Assembly: GCA_029779535.1 (NCBI GenBank)
Contig: JAKPAG010000117.1
Location: forward strand, 1,818-65,817
Reading direction: 5' to 3'
Source of the DNA: Pseudomonadota bacterium
GTDB taxonomy: Bacteria > Pseudomonadota > Alphaproteobacteria > Sphingomonadales > Sphingomonadaceae
DNA length: 64,000 nt
Shown here: piece by piece, positions 27,437 through 36,241 of the stretch
Position numbering within the stretch: the first letter of the stretch is position 1
Layout of the letters: each line of letters opens with the position of its first letter
Position numbers and translations under genes: made by a program
The notes under the pieces: generated by a model
Seen by the model: only the letters and a program-made list of their open reading frames with translations
Database searches by the model: none
What the model was told of the DNA's origin: nothing

Positions 27437-29035
27437 GTGGCCAGCGTCCCAGCCAATTCTCCGCGCGGCCGCAGCGTGGCGGCCATGCCGCAGCTCGACC
27501 CGGCCGATGTGCCCGCGCTGGCGTGCGACAACTATCGCCTGCTGATCTTCGGGATCATGCTGGCGGCGCTGCTCCAGATCCTCGATTCGACCATCGCCAA
27601 TGTCGCCATCCCGCACATGCAAAGCTCGCTGGGGGCTACGGCGGATACGATCAACTGGGTGCTGACCAGCTATATCGTGGCTTCGGCGGTGGCCATGCCG
27701 ATCACCGGCTGGCTGGCCGAACGGATCGGCGCGCGGCGCCTGTTCATCGGTTCGGTCGCAGCGTTCATCGTCGCCTCGATGCTGTGCGGCGCGGCCCAGA
27801 ATCTGACCCAGATGGTGCTGTTCCGCGCGCTCCAGGGTGTCGCCGGCGCGTTCATCGCCCCCCTCAGCCAGAGCGCGATGATCGACGTCACCCGTCCCAG
27901 CCGCCAGGCGCAGATCATGTCGCTGTGGGGCATGGGGGTGATGATCGGCCCGATCTTCGGCCCGATCCTGGGCGGCTGGCTGACCGAGAACTGGTCGTGG
28001 CGCTGGGTGTTCTACGTCAACCTGCCGCTGGGCATCATCTCCCTGGTCATCATGATGGCGGAGCTGCCCGGGCGCGAGGCCGCCGCGCGCAAGTTCGACC
28101 TGACCGGCTTCTCGCTGGTCGGCATCGCACTCGCCTCGGTCCAGCTGATGCTTGACCGCGGCAACCACGTGGACTGGTTCGATTCGATCGAAACCTGGAT
28201 CTACCTGGGCGTCGCCCTGTCGACCACCTGGATGGCGATCATCCACCTGGCCACGGCCGAACAACCGATCTTCCGCCAGGAACTGATCTACGATCCCAAC
28301 TTCCTGCTGGCACTGGCCTTCATGATCGTGGTCGGCGTGGTGATGATGGCCACCATCGCGCTGCTGCCGCCGATGTTGCAGCACCTGTTCAACTATTCGG
28401 TGATCGACACCGGCATGACGCTGATGCCGCGCGGGGTGGGCACGCTGATCTCGATGCAGCTATCGGGCATCCTGGTGCGGCGCGGGTTCGATGCGCGCGT
28501 GCTGGTGGCCAGCGGCTTTGCCTTCGCGGGCACATCGCTGTGGATGATGTCGGGCTGGTCGCTGGATGTCGATTACTGGAACATCATTGTTTCGGGCTTC
28601 ATCCAGGGTCTGGGCATGGGCATGGTGTTCATCCCGATCAACGCCAGCGCCTTTGCCACGCTGCCGCCGCAGCTGCGCACCGAAGGGGCCAGCCTGCTCA
28701 ACCTGTTCCGTTCGATCGGCGCTTCGGTCGGCATCTCGGTGGTGTCGACCCTGCTGGCGCGCAACATCCAGGTGGCACACCAGGACCTCGCCTCGCACAT
28801 GAATTCGGCCTCGGTCGCGGGGCTGGATTTCAGCACCGCCGACCGCTTCCAGGCGCTGGGCGACGTCGCGATGCGCATGGCCGACGGCGTGGTCAACCGC
28901 GAGGCGGCGATGATCGCCTATGTCGACGATTTCTATGCGATGATGTGGGTAACGCTGGCCGCGATCCCGCTGTGCATCCTGCTGCGCCCGCCGCAGACCA
29001 AGGGGATGCCGCAGCAGCCGGTCAGCGATCACTGA
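27437..29035 (+). CDS. DHA2/EmrB-family 14-TM MFS efflux transporter
   Basis: QILDSTIANVAIP, WVLTSY, RALQG and WRWVFYVNLP motifs. Confidence 0.9.
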   Translation: MASVPANSPRGRSVAAMPQLDPADVPALACDNYRLLIFGIMLAALLQILDSTIANVAIPHMQSSLGATADTINWVLTSYIVASAVAMPITGWLAERIGARRLFIGSVAAFIVASMLCGAAQNLTQMVLFRALQGVAGAFIAPLSQSAMIDVTRPSRQAQIMSLWGMGVMIGPIFGPILGGWLTENWSWRWVFYVNLPLGIISLVIMMAELPGREAAARKFDLTGFSLVGIALASVQLMLDRGNHVDWFDSIETWIYLGVALSTTWMAIIHLATAEQPIFRQELIYDPNFLLALAFMIVVGVVMMATIALLPPMLQHLFNYSVIDTGMTLMPRGVGTLISMQLSGILVRRGFDARVLVASGFAFAGTSLWMMSGWSLDVDYWNIIVSGFIQGLGMGMVFIPINASAFATLPPQLRTEGASLLNLFRSIGASVGISVVSTLLARNIQVAHQDLASHMNSASVAGLDFSTADRFQALGDVAMRMADGVVNREAAMIAYVDDFYAMMWVTLAAIPLCILLRPPQTKGMPQQPVSDH

Positions 29036-29050
29036 CCGGCTGACGCCCGC

Positions 29051-29503
29051 TCAGGCCGGGCGCTTGCGCTGCAACCCGCTGCGCTTGCAACTGGCGACCA
29101 GTTCGCCGCGCTGATTGAAGGCCTGGTGCAGAAACGTGACGATTCCGGCATCGGGGCGCGATTTCGATGCGCGCAGTTCCAGCACCTCGGTCACGATATG
29201 CAGCGTGTCGCCGACGAACACGGGCTTGGGAAAGCGCACCTCGTCCCAGCCCAGGTTGGCCACCGCCGTGCCGAGCGTGGTGTCATTCACGCTGATCCCC
29301 ACCATCAGCCCCAGGGTGAAGCACGAATTGACGATCCGGGTGCCGTATTCGCTCCCGGCCATGTACTCCTCGTCGAGGTGGAGCTGCGCCGGGTTGTGCG
29401 TCATGGTCGTGAACAGGACGTTGTCGGTCTCGGTCACGGTGCGGCGGATCGGGTGTTCAAACCGCTGGCCCACCGCCAATTCATCAAACCACACGCCCGG
29501 CAT
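29051..29503 (-). CDS. MaoC family dehydratase
   Basis: RTVTETDNVLFTTMTHNPAQLHLD hydratase-2 motif; VRFPKPVFVGDTL. Confidence 0.85.
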   Translation of the reverse strand: MPGVWFDELAVGQRFEHPIRRTVTETDNVLFTTMTHNPAQLHLDEEYMAGSEYGTRIVNSCFTLGLMVGISVNDTTLGTAVANLGWDEVRFPKPVFVGDTLHIVTEVLELRASKSRPDAGIVTFLHQAFNQRGELVASCKRSGLQRKRPA

Positions 29504-29579
29504 CGCTTTTTCTCCCTGAACCGACAGGGCCTTCATGGCCCCGCCGACCGGGCAAGATCAAGCCTTGCCTAGGCGAGCG

Positions 29580-30770
29580 CTATTCGTCGCGGCTGAAGAT
29601 GAAGGCGGTGCTCTTGGTCAGGCCGTTGGAAATCGTCGCCACCGCGCGGCGGGCGCCCGGAACCTGCCGTTCGCCGCCGCGGTCGGTCACCTGGATCACG
29701 CTTTCGGCCAGCTGGGTCATGCCGTGCAGCCGCCCTTCGCCCAGCGCGCCGCCGCCGGTGTTGACCGGGAGCTTGCCGGTCAGGCTGCCGTGGCCATCGC
29801 GCAGGAAGGCCAGCCCCTCGCCGCGCGGGACGATCCCCAGCCCTTCAAGCCACAGGTACACGAATGGCGCGAAGCCGTCATAGACCTGGGCGGTGTCGAT
29901 CTCCTCGGGGCGCACGCCGCTCGATTGCCACAGCCGCTGGGCAACCTGTTCGCAGCCGATCCAGATATCGTCCAGCGTCATCGGCAGGCCGGCGGGCGCC
30001 GGGTGCGTGCCGGCGGAAAAGCCGGTCAGCAGCGCCGGCTTGCAGCGCAGGTCGCGGGCGCGTTCGGTGCTGGTCAGCAGCAGCGCGGCGCAACCATCGA
30101 CCGGGATGTCGCAATCGAGGATCGACATCGGATCCGCGATCATCCGCGCGTCCAGATAGTCCTGCCGGGTCAGCGGCTTGTCCCAGAACCCGTTGGGGTT
30201 CTTCAGCGTATTCGCCCGGTTATCGGCGATGTAGCGGGCAAAGTCGGCGCGCGAATAGCCGTAGAGTTCAAAATAGCGCCGCGCCACCGTGCCCGCCCAG
30301 CTGGGCGGAACCGAGAAGCCATAGGGCGCCATGAACTGATCGCCCGCGGCGGCATACTTGCTCTCGTAGTTGACATAGCTGCCCTGCGGCACGTGCAGCG
30401 CGCGGTAGACGATCACCGTGTCGCACACGCCCGAAGCAATCGCCATGGCCGCTTCCTGGAACCCCTGGGTGACCATCGCGTTGGTCGATCCGGTCCAGGC
30501 AAGGTGGCGATGCGTGCCAAGCCGTTCCGACAAGGCCCAGGGGGTGACCACGTCGATCCCGTCGATCGTCCCGCGTGCGCCGCCATAGCGCGGCATTGCC
30601 GGTGAAGTGACCAGCCCGTTCACATCCTTGCGGGTCAGCCCGGCGTCAGCCAGCGCGGCATCGCAGGCTTCCACCGCCAGGCTCATCAAGGGGCGCTGGG
30701 GACGGCGGCTGAGCGCACTGTAGCCAATGCCCGCGACGGCGATCTTGTTGCTGAAGGCCCACATGTTCAC
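29580..30770 (-). CDS. Thiolase-superfamily protein (SCP-x/Ltp2 type, no catalytic Cys)
   Basis: AVAGIG, CDIPVDG, AQVYDGF and NTGGG.L.EG..HG motifs. Confidence 0.85.
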   Translation of the reverse strand: MNMWAFSNKIAVAGIGYSALSRRPQRPLMSLAVEACDAALADAGLTRKDVNGLVTSPAMPRYGGARGTIDGIDVVTPWALSERLGTHRHLAWTGSTNAMVTQGFQEAAMAIASGVCDTVIVYRALHVPQGSYVNYESKYAAAGDQFMAPYGFSVPPSWAGTVARRYFELYGYSRADFARYIADNRANTLKNPNGFWDKPLTRQDYLDARMIADPMSILDCDIPVDGCAALLLTSTERARDLRCKPALLTGFSAGTHPAPAGLPMTLDDIWIGCEQVAQRLWQSSGVRPEEIDTAQVYDGFAPFVYLWLEGLGIVPRGEGLAFLRDGHGSLTGKLPVNTGGGALGEGRLHGMTQLAESVIQVTDRGGERQVPGARRAVATISNGLTKSTAFIFSRDE

Positions 30771-31210
30771 GCATCCCCCGCCGGAACGAACTGCGGCACG
30801 GCATGATCGCTATCCAGCCATTCGAAACAGACCCTGACCGGCATGCCCAGCCGCAACGCGCTCGGCTCGACCTGCAGCAGGTTGGCGCAGAGCAACAGGT
30901 GCGGCTGTTCGGCCAGTTCGACGATCCCCACGATCAGCGGCAGCATGTCGGCAAAGCCGGGTCCGGGGGAATGGTGCAGCACGGTCCAGCTATACAGCGT
31001 GCCGCGGCCCGACACGGGTTCAAACGCCAGTTCCTCGCTGCCGCAGGCCGGGCAGGCCAGCGCCGGGGCATGGATCCAGTGACGGCAAGCGGTGCAGCGC
31101 TGGATGTCGAGTCGGCCCTGGCGCGCAGCCGCCCAGAACGGCGCGCTGACTTCATCCGCAAGGGGCAAGGGGCGCAGCGCTGTCGCTGCCGGGGCCTGTG
31201 TGCTCTCCAC
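30767..31210 (-). CDS. DUF35 Zn-ribbon/OB-fold protein
   Basis: PFW..A..G.L.IQRC..C and CP.C Zn ligands, OB fold; overlaps the thiolase start. The GTG start is inferred. Confidence 0.85.
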   Translation of the reverse strand: MESTQAPAATALRPLPLADEVSAPFWAAARQGRLDIQRCTACRHWIHAPALACPACGSEELAFEPVSGRGTLYSWTVLHHSPGPGFADMLPLIVGIVELAEQPHLLLCANLLQVEPSALRLGMPVRVCFEWLDSDHAVPQFVPAGDA

Positions 31211-31215
31211 CGATC

Positions 31216-31333
31216 TATCACTCCAGTGCAATATTGAATCGAGTTCCTGCCCTTTTTTGGGCGCCATCGCAAGGGGGCGTCGGATCAATGTTGACCTTCG
31301 TCGGCCCGACCTGTATTTTACACTTGAATGCAA
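31216..31333. promoter_or_regulatory. Two YTGCA-N6-TGCAR-type operator copies in the DUF35/P450 divergent promoter
   Basis: TATCA-CTCCAG-TGCAA (31216-31231) and TTACA-CTTGAA-TGCAA (31318-31333, flanked ATTTT..AAAAT). Confidence 0.55.
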
Positions 31334-31356
31334 AATTGATAGAGAGGTTTCAGATC

Positions 31357-32580
31357 ATGGCGACGCTGGCATCAACCCGTCCGGCTCACGTTCCCGAGGA
31401 ACACCTGGGCGACTTCAACCTGATGGATGACCCCAGCATGCTGCCGCGCCCGAATGGCGAGCCGCACGCCGCCATTGCCAAGCTGCTTGATGGCCCGCCG
31501 GTGTTCTATTCGCTCAACAATACCCGCAACGGCGAAGGCGCGTGGTTCGTCATCCGCGCCGAAGACCAGCGCCGCGTGCTGCAGGATGGTGAAACCTTTT
31601 CAAGCAATCGCAACATCTTCGCCTCTGCACTGGGCGAAACCTGGCCGACCATTCCGCTCGAACTCGATCCGCCCGAACACGGCAAGTGGCGCTCGCTGCT
31701 CAACCCGCCGCTTAGCCCGCGGCGGGTGATGAACCTGGAACCCTTTGTGCGGCAGCGCGCGGTGGAACTGATCGACGAAATCAAGGCGCGCGGCAACAGC
31801 TGCGAGGTGATGAGCGAATTCGCCTTCCCGTTTGCCGTGTCGATCTTCCTCCAGTTCCTGGGCATTCCCAATGACCGGCTGATGGAATTCGTCGGCTGGG
31901 CCAACGACCTGCTGCATTCGACCCCCGAAGCGCGCACCAAGGCGGCGCGCACCGTGATCGCCTATCTCGACGATCTGCAGGAACTGCGCCGCCGGGAGCC
32001 GACCGACGATTTCATGTCGTTCGTCACCCAGGCCGAAGTCGATGGCCGCAAGCTGACCCAGCACGAGGTCAAGCAGATGAGCGTGCTGTTGTTCATCGCC
32101 GGGCTGGATACCGTGGCCGCGGCGCTGGGGTTCGATTTTCTCTACCTGGCCCGCAACCTGGATGACCAGGCCTTGCTGCGCGCCGAGCCGCAGCGCCTGA
32201 CGCTCGCCGCCGAAGAACTGATGCGCGCCTTCCCCACGGTTACCCCGGTGCGCCGCGCGACCCGCGATGTCGAACTGCACGGGCGGCTGATCAAGGCGGG
32301 CGACCTGGTGGCCTGCCCGTCGATGACCGCCAACCGCGATCCGGCCGAATTCCCCGAGCCCGAAAAGATCGACCTGGCCCGCGAAGACAACCGCCACGTC
32401 GCTTTCGCCTATGGCCCGCACCGCTGCCTAGGTTCGCACCTGGCCCGGCGCGAAGTGGTGATCGGGCTGGAGGAATTCCTGGCCCGCGTGCCCGAATTCC
32501 GCATCAAGGAAGGGGTCGATCCGATCGTCAACGGCGGCTTCGTGTTCGGCGTCGAAAACCTTGTGCTGACCTGGAACTGA
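31357..32580 (+). CDS. Cytochrome P450 (soluble, bacterial)
   Basis: AGLDT I-helix, EELMR ExxR and FAYGPHRCLG heme motif. Confidence 0.92.
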   Translation: MATLASTRPAHVPEEHLGDFNLMDDPSMLPRPNGEPHAAIAKLLDGPPVFYSLNNTRNGEGAWFVIRAEDQRRVLQDGETFSSNRNIFASALGETWPTIPLELDPPEHGKWRSLLNPPLSPRRVMNLEPFVRQRAVELIDEIKARGNSCEVMSEFAFPFAVSIFLQFLGIPNDRLMEFVGWANDLLHSTPEARTKAARTVIAYLDDLQELRRREPTDDFMSFVTQAEVDGRKLTQHEVKQMSVLLFIAGLDTVAAALGFDFLYLARNLDDQALLRAEPQRLTLAAEELMRAFPTVTPVRRATRDVELHGRLIKAGDLVACPSMTANRDPAEFPEPEKIDLAREDNRHVAFAYGPHRCLGSHLARREVVIGLEEFLARVPEFRIKEGVDPIVNGGFVFGVENLVLTWN

Positions 32581-32591
32581 GGAACCATCCC

Positions 32592-32789
32592 ATGAAGATC
32601 ATCGTCGATGGGGCCAAGTGCCAGGGCAATGCGCGCTGCTGGGCGCAGGACAACGAAATGTTCAATCTGGACGACGAAGGCTACCTGCCCAGCCAGACGA
32701 TCGTGGTGCCGGACACCCCGGAAAAGCAGCTTGCCGCGCGCCGCGCGGTCCGCGCTTGCCCGGAACGCGCACTGGCGCTGGAGGAGTGA
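32592..32789 (+). CDS. Single-cluster ferredoxin (probably 3Fe-4S), P450 partner
   Basis: CQGNARC...CPERAL (C-x2-N-x2-C...CP); GAGGA RBS. Confidence 0.85.
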   Translation: MKIIVDGAKCQGNARCWAQDNEMFNLDDEGYLPSQTIVVPDTPEKQLAARRAVRACPERALALEE

Positions 32790-32820
32790 CCGCCGCCAGG
32801 CGTTGACCAGACGGCAACGA

Positions 32821-33140
32821 GACAAGGCCGGTCGATCCCTGGGTGGATCGGCCGGCCTTCTCTTTTGCGCCCCGTCGGTTCGATCCGCAGTTGGCGGCAC
32901 TGCATGGGAGGCCGGTGCCCTGCGCCGGTGCCGCCCCGGACATATTCCGCCTTGACCTGGACAAGGCACAAGCCGGTCATCCGCCAAGGGATCGACAAAC
33001 CTGCTCGTTTGGTCGGCGCTGGCCCATGCCCGGCAGCTGGACGAGGACTGCCCTGGTGCCTGCGCAGGCGCCCCTGGAGGACAGGCCGCCATGCCCCGAC
33101 AAGCGAAAACCGGCCGATCCCCCCAGGATCGACCGGCTTT
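32821..33140. repeat. Three degenerate ~139-bp units, each starting GACAAG plus a CCGGYCGATCC..GGATCG hairpin
   Basis: GACAAG at 32821, 32960 and 33098; hairpins at 32824-32859, 32970-32996 (degenerate) and 33106-33140. Units 1 and 2 also share GCAGyTGG..ACTGC..GGTGCC.TGCGC..GGACA..CCGCC. Confidence 0.6.
32824..32866 (+). terminator. Intrinsic terminator after P450-ferredoxin
   Basis: 15-bp stem AAGGCCGGTCGATCC/GGATCGGCCGGCCTT (one G-U pair) followed by CTCTTTT. Confidence 0.7.
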
Positions 33141-33171
33141 CTGGTGGCTTTCGCCATCTGCCAAGGTCCGC

Positions 33172-33201
33172 CCCGGCCAAGGGAGGAGGGGTTTGGCCGG
33201 G
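33172..33201 (-). ncRNA. Hairpin with a CCUCCUCCC (cuckoo/anti-SD-like) loop in the TBDR 3' region
   Basis: Minus strand CCCGGCCAA-ACCCCTCCTCCC-TTGGCCGGG, about 10 nt after the TBDR stop. Confidence 0.3.
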
Positions 33202-33211
33202 ACAGTCCAGG

Positions 33212-36136
33212 TCAGAACTTGAAGCGCACACCCGCCGTGTAGGCGCGGCCGACAATGTCGTAGACCGCGATGTTGGTCGGCAGGTTAACCCCCGGCACGG
33301 TGCCCGGGATCAGCGGCGGATTGCGATCAAACAGGTTGTTGACCGTCAGGAACGGCTCGAGCTTGCGGCCTTCCCCGATGTTGATCTTACCGCGCAGCGT
33401 CAGGTCGGTGTAAAACACCTTGCCCACGTTCGGCTGGACGAAGTTGACGCGGGCCCCGTTCGGCAGGGCGCCCGGGATGTCCAGACGCATGGAGCCGATC
33501 ATCTGCTCGCTCAGAGTCACGCCGAACTTGTCGTTTTCATAGTCGACCGTCAGGCTGCCGCGCCAGCGCGGATAGCCCGCCGGGTTGGACCCAACCACGC
33601 TGACGCCGGCATAGTGCAGGGTCGGCGCGCCAGCGAACTGCTGGGTGTCGAACTTGGCCAGGTAGTTGGCATAGAGCCGCAGCGACAGGTTGCCCGAAGC
33701 GCCAACCCGGGTGCGATAGCTGGCGTCGAAGTCGATACCGGCCGTCTTCAGGAAGGCGATATTCGCCGGCGCGATCGTGATCAGCGACGGGAAGGTGGTG
33801 GGGGTCGCACGATTGATCAGCGCGCATTCCGGACCGGTCCCGGCGCTGTTGCCGCAGTTGGTCAGGATCTGCTGGGCCGACAGCTGGTCGATCAGCGAGT
33901 CAACCTTGATCGAGTAATAGTCGATCGCCACGCTGAAGCCGGGCAGGCCGCTGGGGCTGAGCACGCCGCCGATGGTCAGCGTCTTGGCCTTTTCCGGCTT
34001 GAGGTTCGCGTTGCCCTTGGTCACCGACGAAACGTTGACATTCAGGCCCGAACCGATCCCGTTGATGACGGTGTCGTTGACGATCCCGATGCCCGACTGC
34101 GCGCCGCTGTACAGTTCATACAGGTTGGGCGCGCGGATGTCGCGGGAGTAGGCCGCGCGCAGCAGGAAGTCGCTGACCGGCTTCCAGGTGCCGCCGACCT
34201 TCCAGGTCGCCACCGTGCCCGAGCTCGAATAGTCCGTCACGCGGACAGCGCCGTTCAGGCTCAGTTCTTCGAAACCGGGCTTGTCACGCAGCACCGGCAC
34301 CGCGAGTTCGGCAAAGCCTTCCTTCACGTTGTAGTTGCCGTTGGCCTGGCCGACGTTGATCAGCCAGAAGTACAGCGCGCCAGCCGGGACGCCGCGCAGA
34401 CCGGCGAAATAGGAGCTGCGCTTGGCGGCGGTGTCCAGGTTCGCGGGATCGGCGTTGCTGGTCAGCACCAGCGACTGCTTGCGGTATTCCACGCCGGCCG
34501 CGAGATCGACCGGTCCGGCCGGCAGGTCGAACAGGCTGCCCGACAGGCTGGCGGTGATCGCATCCTGCTTGATCGTGGCGTCATAGCCCGAGGTGCCGGT
34601 GGCATAGGCATAGCCGTCCGGCGTGGTCACGGCCGCATTGCCGCGCAGGAAGTTGATCGGCTTGCACCCGGCATACTGGGCGGCAACCGTGGGATCGGTC
34701 AGCACCCGGCAGGTCGGCACGCCGCCCACCAGCACCACATCGGCCGCAGCGAACAGCTTCTTGTTGTCGTACAGCCCCGATGTTTCCATCTTGTGCTTGG
34801 ATTCGCCGTGGCTGTAATTCACCGACCACTTGAAGCCGCCCAGCTTGCCGTCAAGACCGGTGGTCGCCAGCCAGTAATCGGTGCGTTCCTTGGCAAACGG
34901 CTGCGCCTGGCCGGCATCGTACTGACCGACCGTGATGAAGTCGTTCGGCCCGGTCAGGGTCGCCTGCATCGCCGCCGTCAGGTACGGGTTGCCGCTGTAG
35001 ACATTGACACCCTGGCTCGGCGGAACCAGCGCGTTGGTCTGGGTCGGGTAGGCATAGTCGCTGCGGCTGAACAGCCCCTGGACATAGAAGTTGACGTCGT
35101 CGGTCAGGTCATAAGCGATGCGGCCGAAGGTCTGGTAGGTCTTCGCCGGAATGATCGCTGCGTTTTCCTGGGTGATGGCATAGCCATCGCCGCCCGACTG
35201 GAAGCCGGCCGTGCCAACCGCCGTGCCGGCGTTGAAGGCGCGGGTGGTGCCATCGACGTTGATCACCTGACCAACCAGCGGGTTACCCACCACGTTCGAC
35301 GAGGTGATGCGGCCAGTGTTGGCCAGCGCCGAAATGCGCACATCGCTGGCCAGGACATAGGGATTGGTGGCCGTGCCGGGCGTGCCGCCACCAACGACCG
35401 AACCGACGAAGTTGTAGCCCTTGGTCGAGAAGTCGCGCTCGCGGCGCTTCATCCCGTCGTTGTTGTTGTATTCGGCGCTGAACAGGATGTGCCCGCGACC
35501 GCCCGCGAAGTTGGCCCCGGCAGCCGCGCCGATGCGCTGGCTTTCGGCATAGCCGCGTTCGGCGACGCCATACTGGGCCACGCCGGTCACGCCGGTGAAG
35601 TCCTTGTTGAGCACGAAGTTGACGACGCCGGCAACGGCGTCCGAACCCCAGGCAGCCGAAGCACCGCCGGTCACCACGTCGACGCGGCTCATCAGCAGCT
35701 GCGGCAGGACGTTGGTGTCGATCGTGCCGACATATTCGGTCGGCGAGACGCGCTGGCCGTCAAACAGGATCAGCGTGCGCAGCGGACCCTTGGGGTTGTT
35801 GCCGGTGGTGCCCAGGCCGCGCAGGTTGAGGATGTTGCCGTGGATCGGCAGGTTCGAGAAGTTCGACGCGGCCTTCGACGGGCTGAGCGAGTTCGAGAAC
35901 TGCGGCAGCTTGTTCAGCGCGTCAGGCACGCTCGACGGGGTGCCGCGGGCAAGTTCATCGGTGGTGGCAACCGTCACCGGGGTCGGCGCGGTGTAACCGT
36001 CGCGCACGATGCGCGTGCCGGTGACGACAATCTGTTCATCGACGTTTTCATCAACCGCTGCGTCTTGCGCAAAGGCAGGCGTAGCAAGCGACAGCGCGCT
36101 GGAGGCCAGCAGCGCCGCAATGGCGTAATTTCGCAT
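33212..36136 (-). CDS. TonB-dependent receptor
   Basis: Signal peptide, IVVTGTRI TonB-box region, RVDVVTGGASAAWGSDAVAGVVN plug motif, C-terminal Phe (VRFKF). Confidence 0.92.
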   Translation of the reverse strand: MRNYAIAALLASSALSLATPAFAQDAAVDENVDEQIVVTGTRIVRDGYTAPTPVTVATTDELARGTPSSVPDALNKLPQFSNSLSPSKAASNFSNLPIHGNILNLRGLGTTGNNPKGPLRTLILFDGQRVSPTEYVGTIDTNVLPQLLMSRVDVVTGGASAAWGSDAVAGVVNFVLNKDFTGVTGVAQYGVAERGYAESQRIGAAAGANFAGGRGHILFSAEYNNNDGMKRRERDFSTKGYNFVGSVVGGGTPGTATNPYVLASDVRISALANTGRITSSNVVGNPLVGQVINVDGTTRAFNAGTAVGTAGFQSGGDGYAITQENAAIIPAKTYQTFGRIAYDLTDDVNFYVQGLFSRSDYAYPTQTNALVPPSQGVNVYSGNPYLTAAMQATLTGPNDFITVGQYDAGQAQPFAKERTDYWLATTGLDGKLGGFKWSVNYSHGESKHKMETSGLYDNKKLFAAADVVLVGGVPTCRVLTDPTVAAQYAGCKPINFLRGNAAVTTPDGYAYATGTSGYDATIKQDAITASLSGSLFDLPAGPVDLAAGVEYRKQSLVLTSNADPANLDTAAKRSSYFAGLRGVPAGALYFWLINVGQANGNYNVKEGFAELAVPVLRDKPGFEELSLNGAVRVTDYSSSGTVATWKVGGTWKPVSDFLLRAAYSRDIRAPNLYELYSGAQSGIGIVNDTVINGIGSGLNVNVSSVTKGNANLKPEKAKTLTIGGVLSPSGLPGFSVAIDYYSIKVDSLIDQLSAQQILTNCGNSAGTGPECALINRATPTTFPSLITIAPANIAFLKTAGIDFDASYRTRVGASGNLSLRLYANYLAKFDTQQFAGAPTLHYAGVSVVGSNPAGYPRWRGSLTVDYENDKFGVTLSEQMIGSMRLDIPGALPNGARVNFVQPNVGKVFYTDLTLRGKINIGEGRKLEPFLTVNNLFDRNPPLIPGTVPGVNLPTNIAVYDIVGRAYTAGVRFKF

Positions 36137-36187
36137 TTATTACCCTCCCATATGGAAACCGGGCCCAGTGGACACGCGGCGTAGATT

Positions 36188-36239
36188 GTATCCTCGAATG
36201 CAATATTGGTATCTGTTCCAATTTTGCCAGTCAATGCAA
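36188..36239. promoter_or_regulatory. YTGCA-N6-TGCAR-type operator pair upstream of the TBDR
   Basis: TTGCC-AGTCAA-TGCAA (36224-36239) and weaker GTATC-CTCGAA-TGCAA (36188-36203). Confidence 0.55.
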
Positions 36240-36241
36240 AT

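Noticed and set aside
31318-31333. Sigma-54 promoter reading of the CAC..TGCA motif
   Set aside because: Lacks the GG at -24 and has the wrong spacing; the palindromic symmetry fits a repressor site better.
32821-33140. CRISPR interpretation of the regularly spaced hairpins
   Set aside because: The repeats are too divergent, the spacers are about 100 bp and homologous to each other, and there are no cas genes.
32843-36184. 1113 aa plus-strand ORF
   Set aside because: Antisense shadow of the TonB-dependent receptor.
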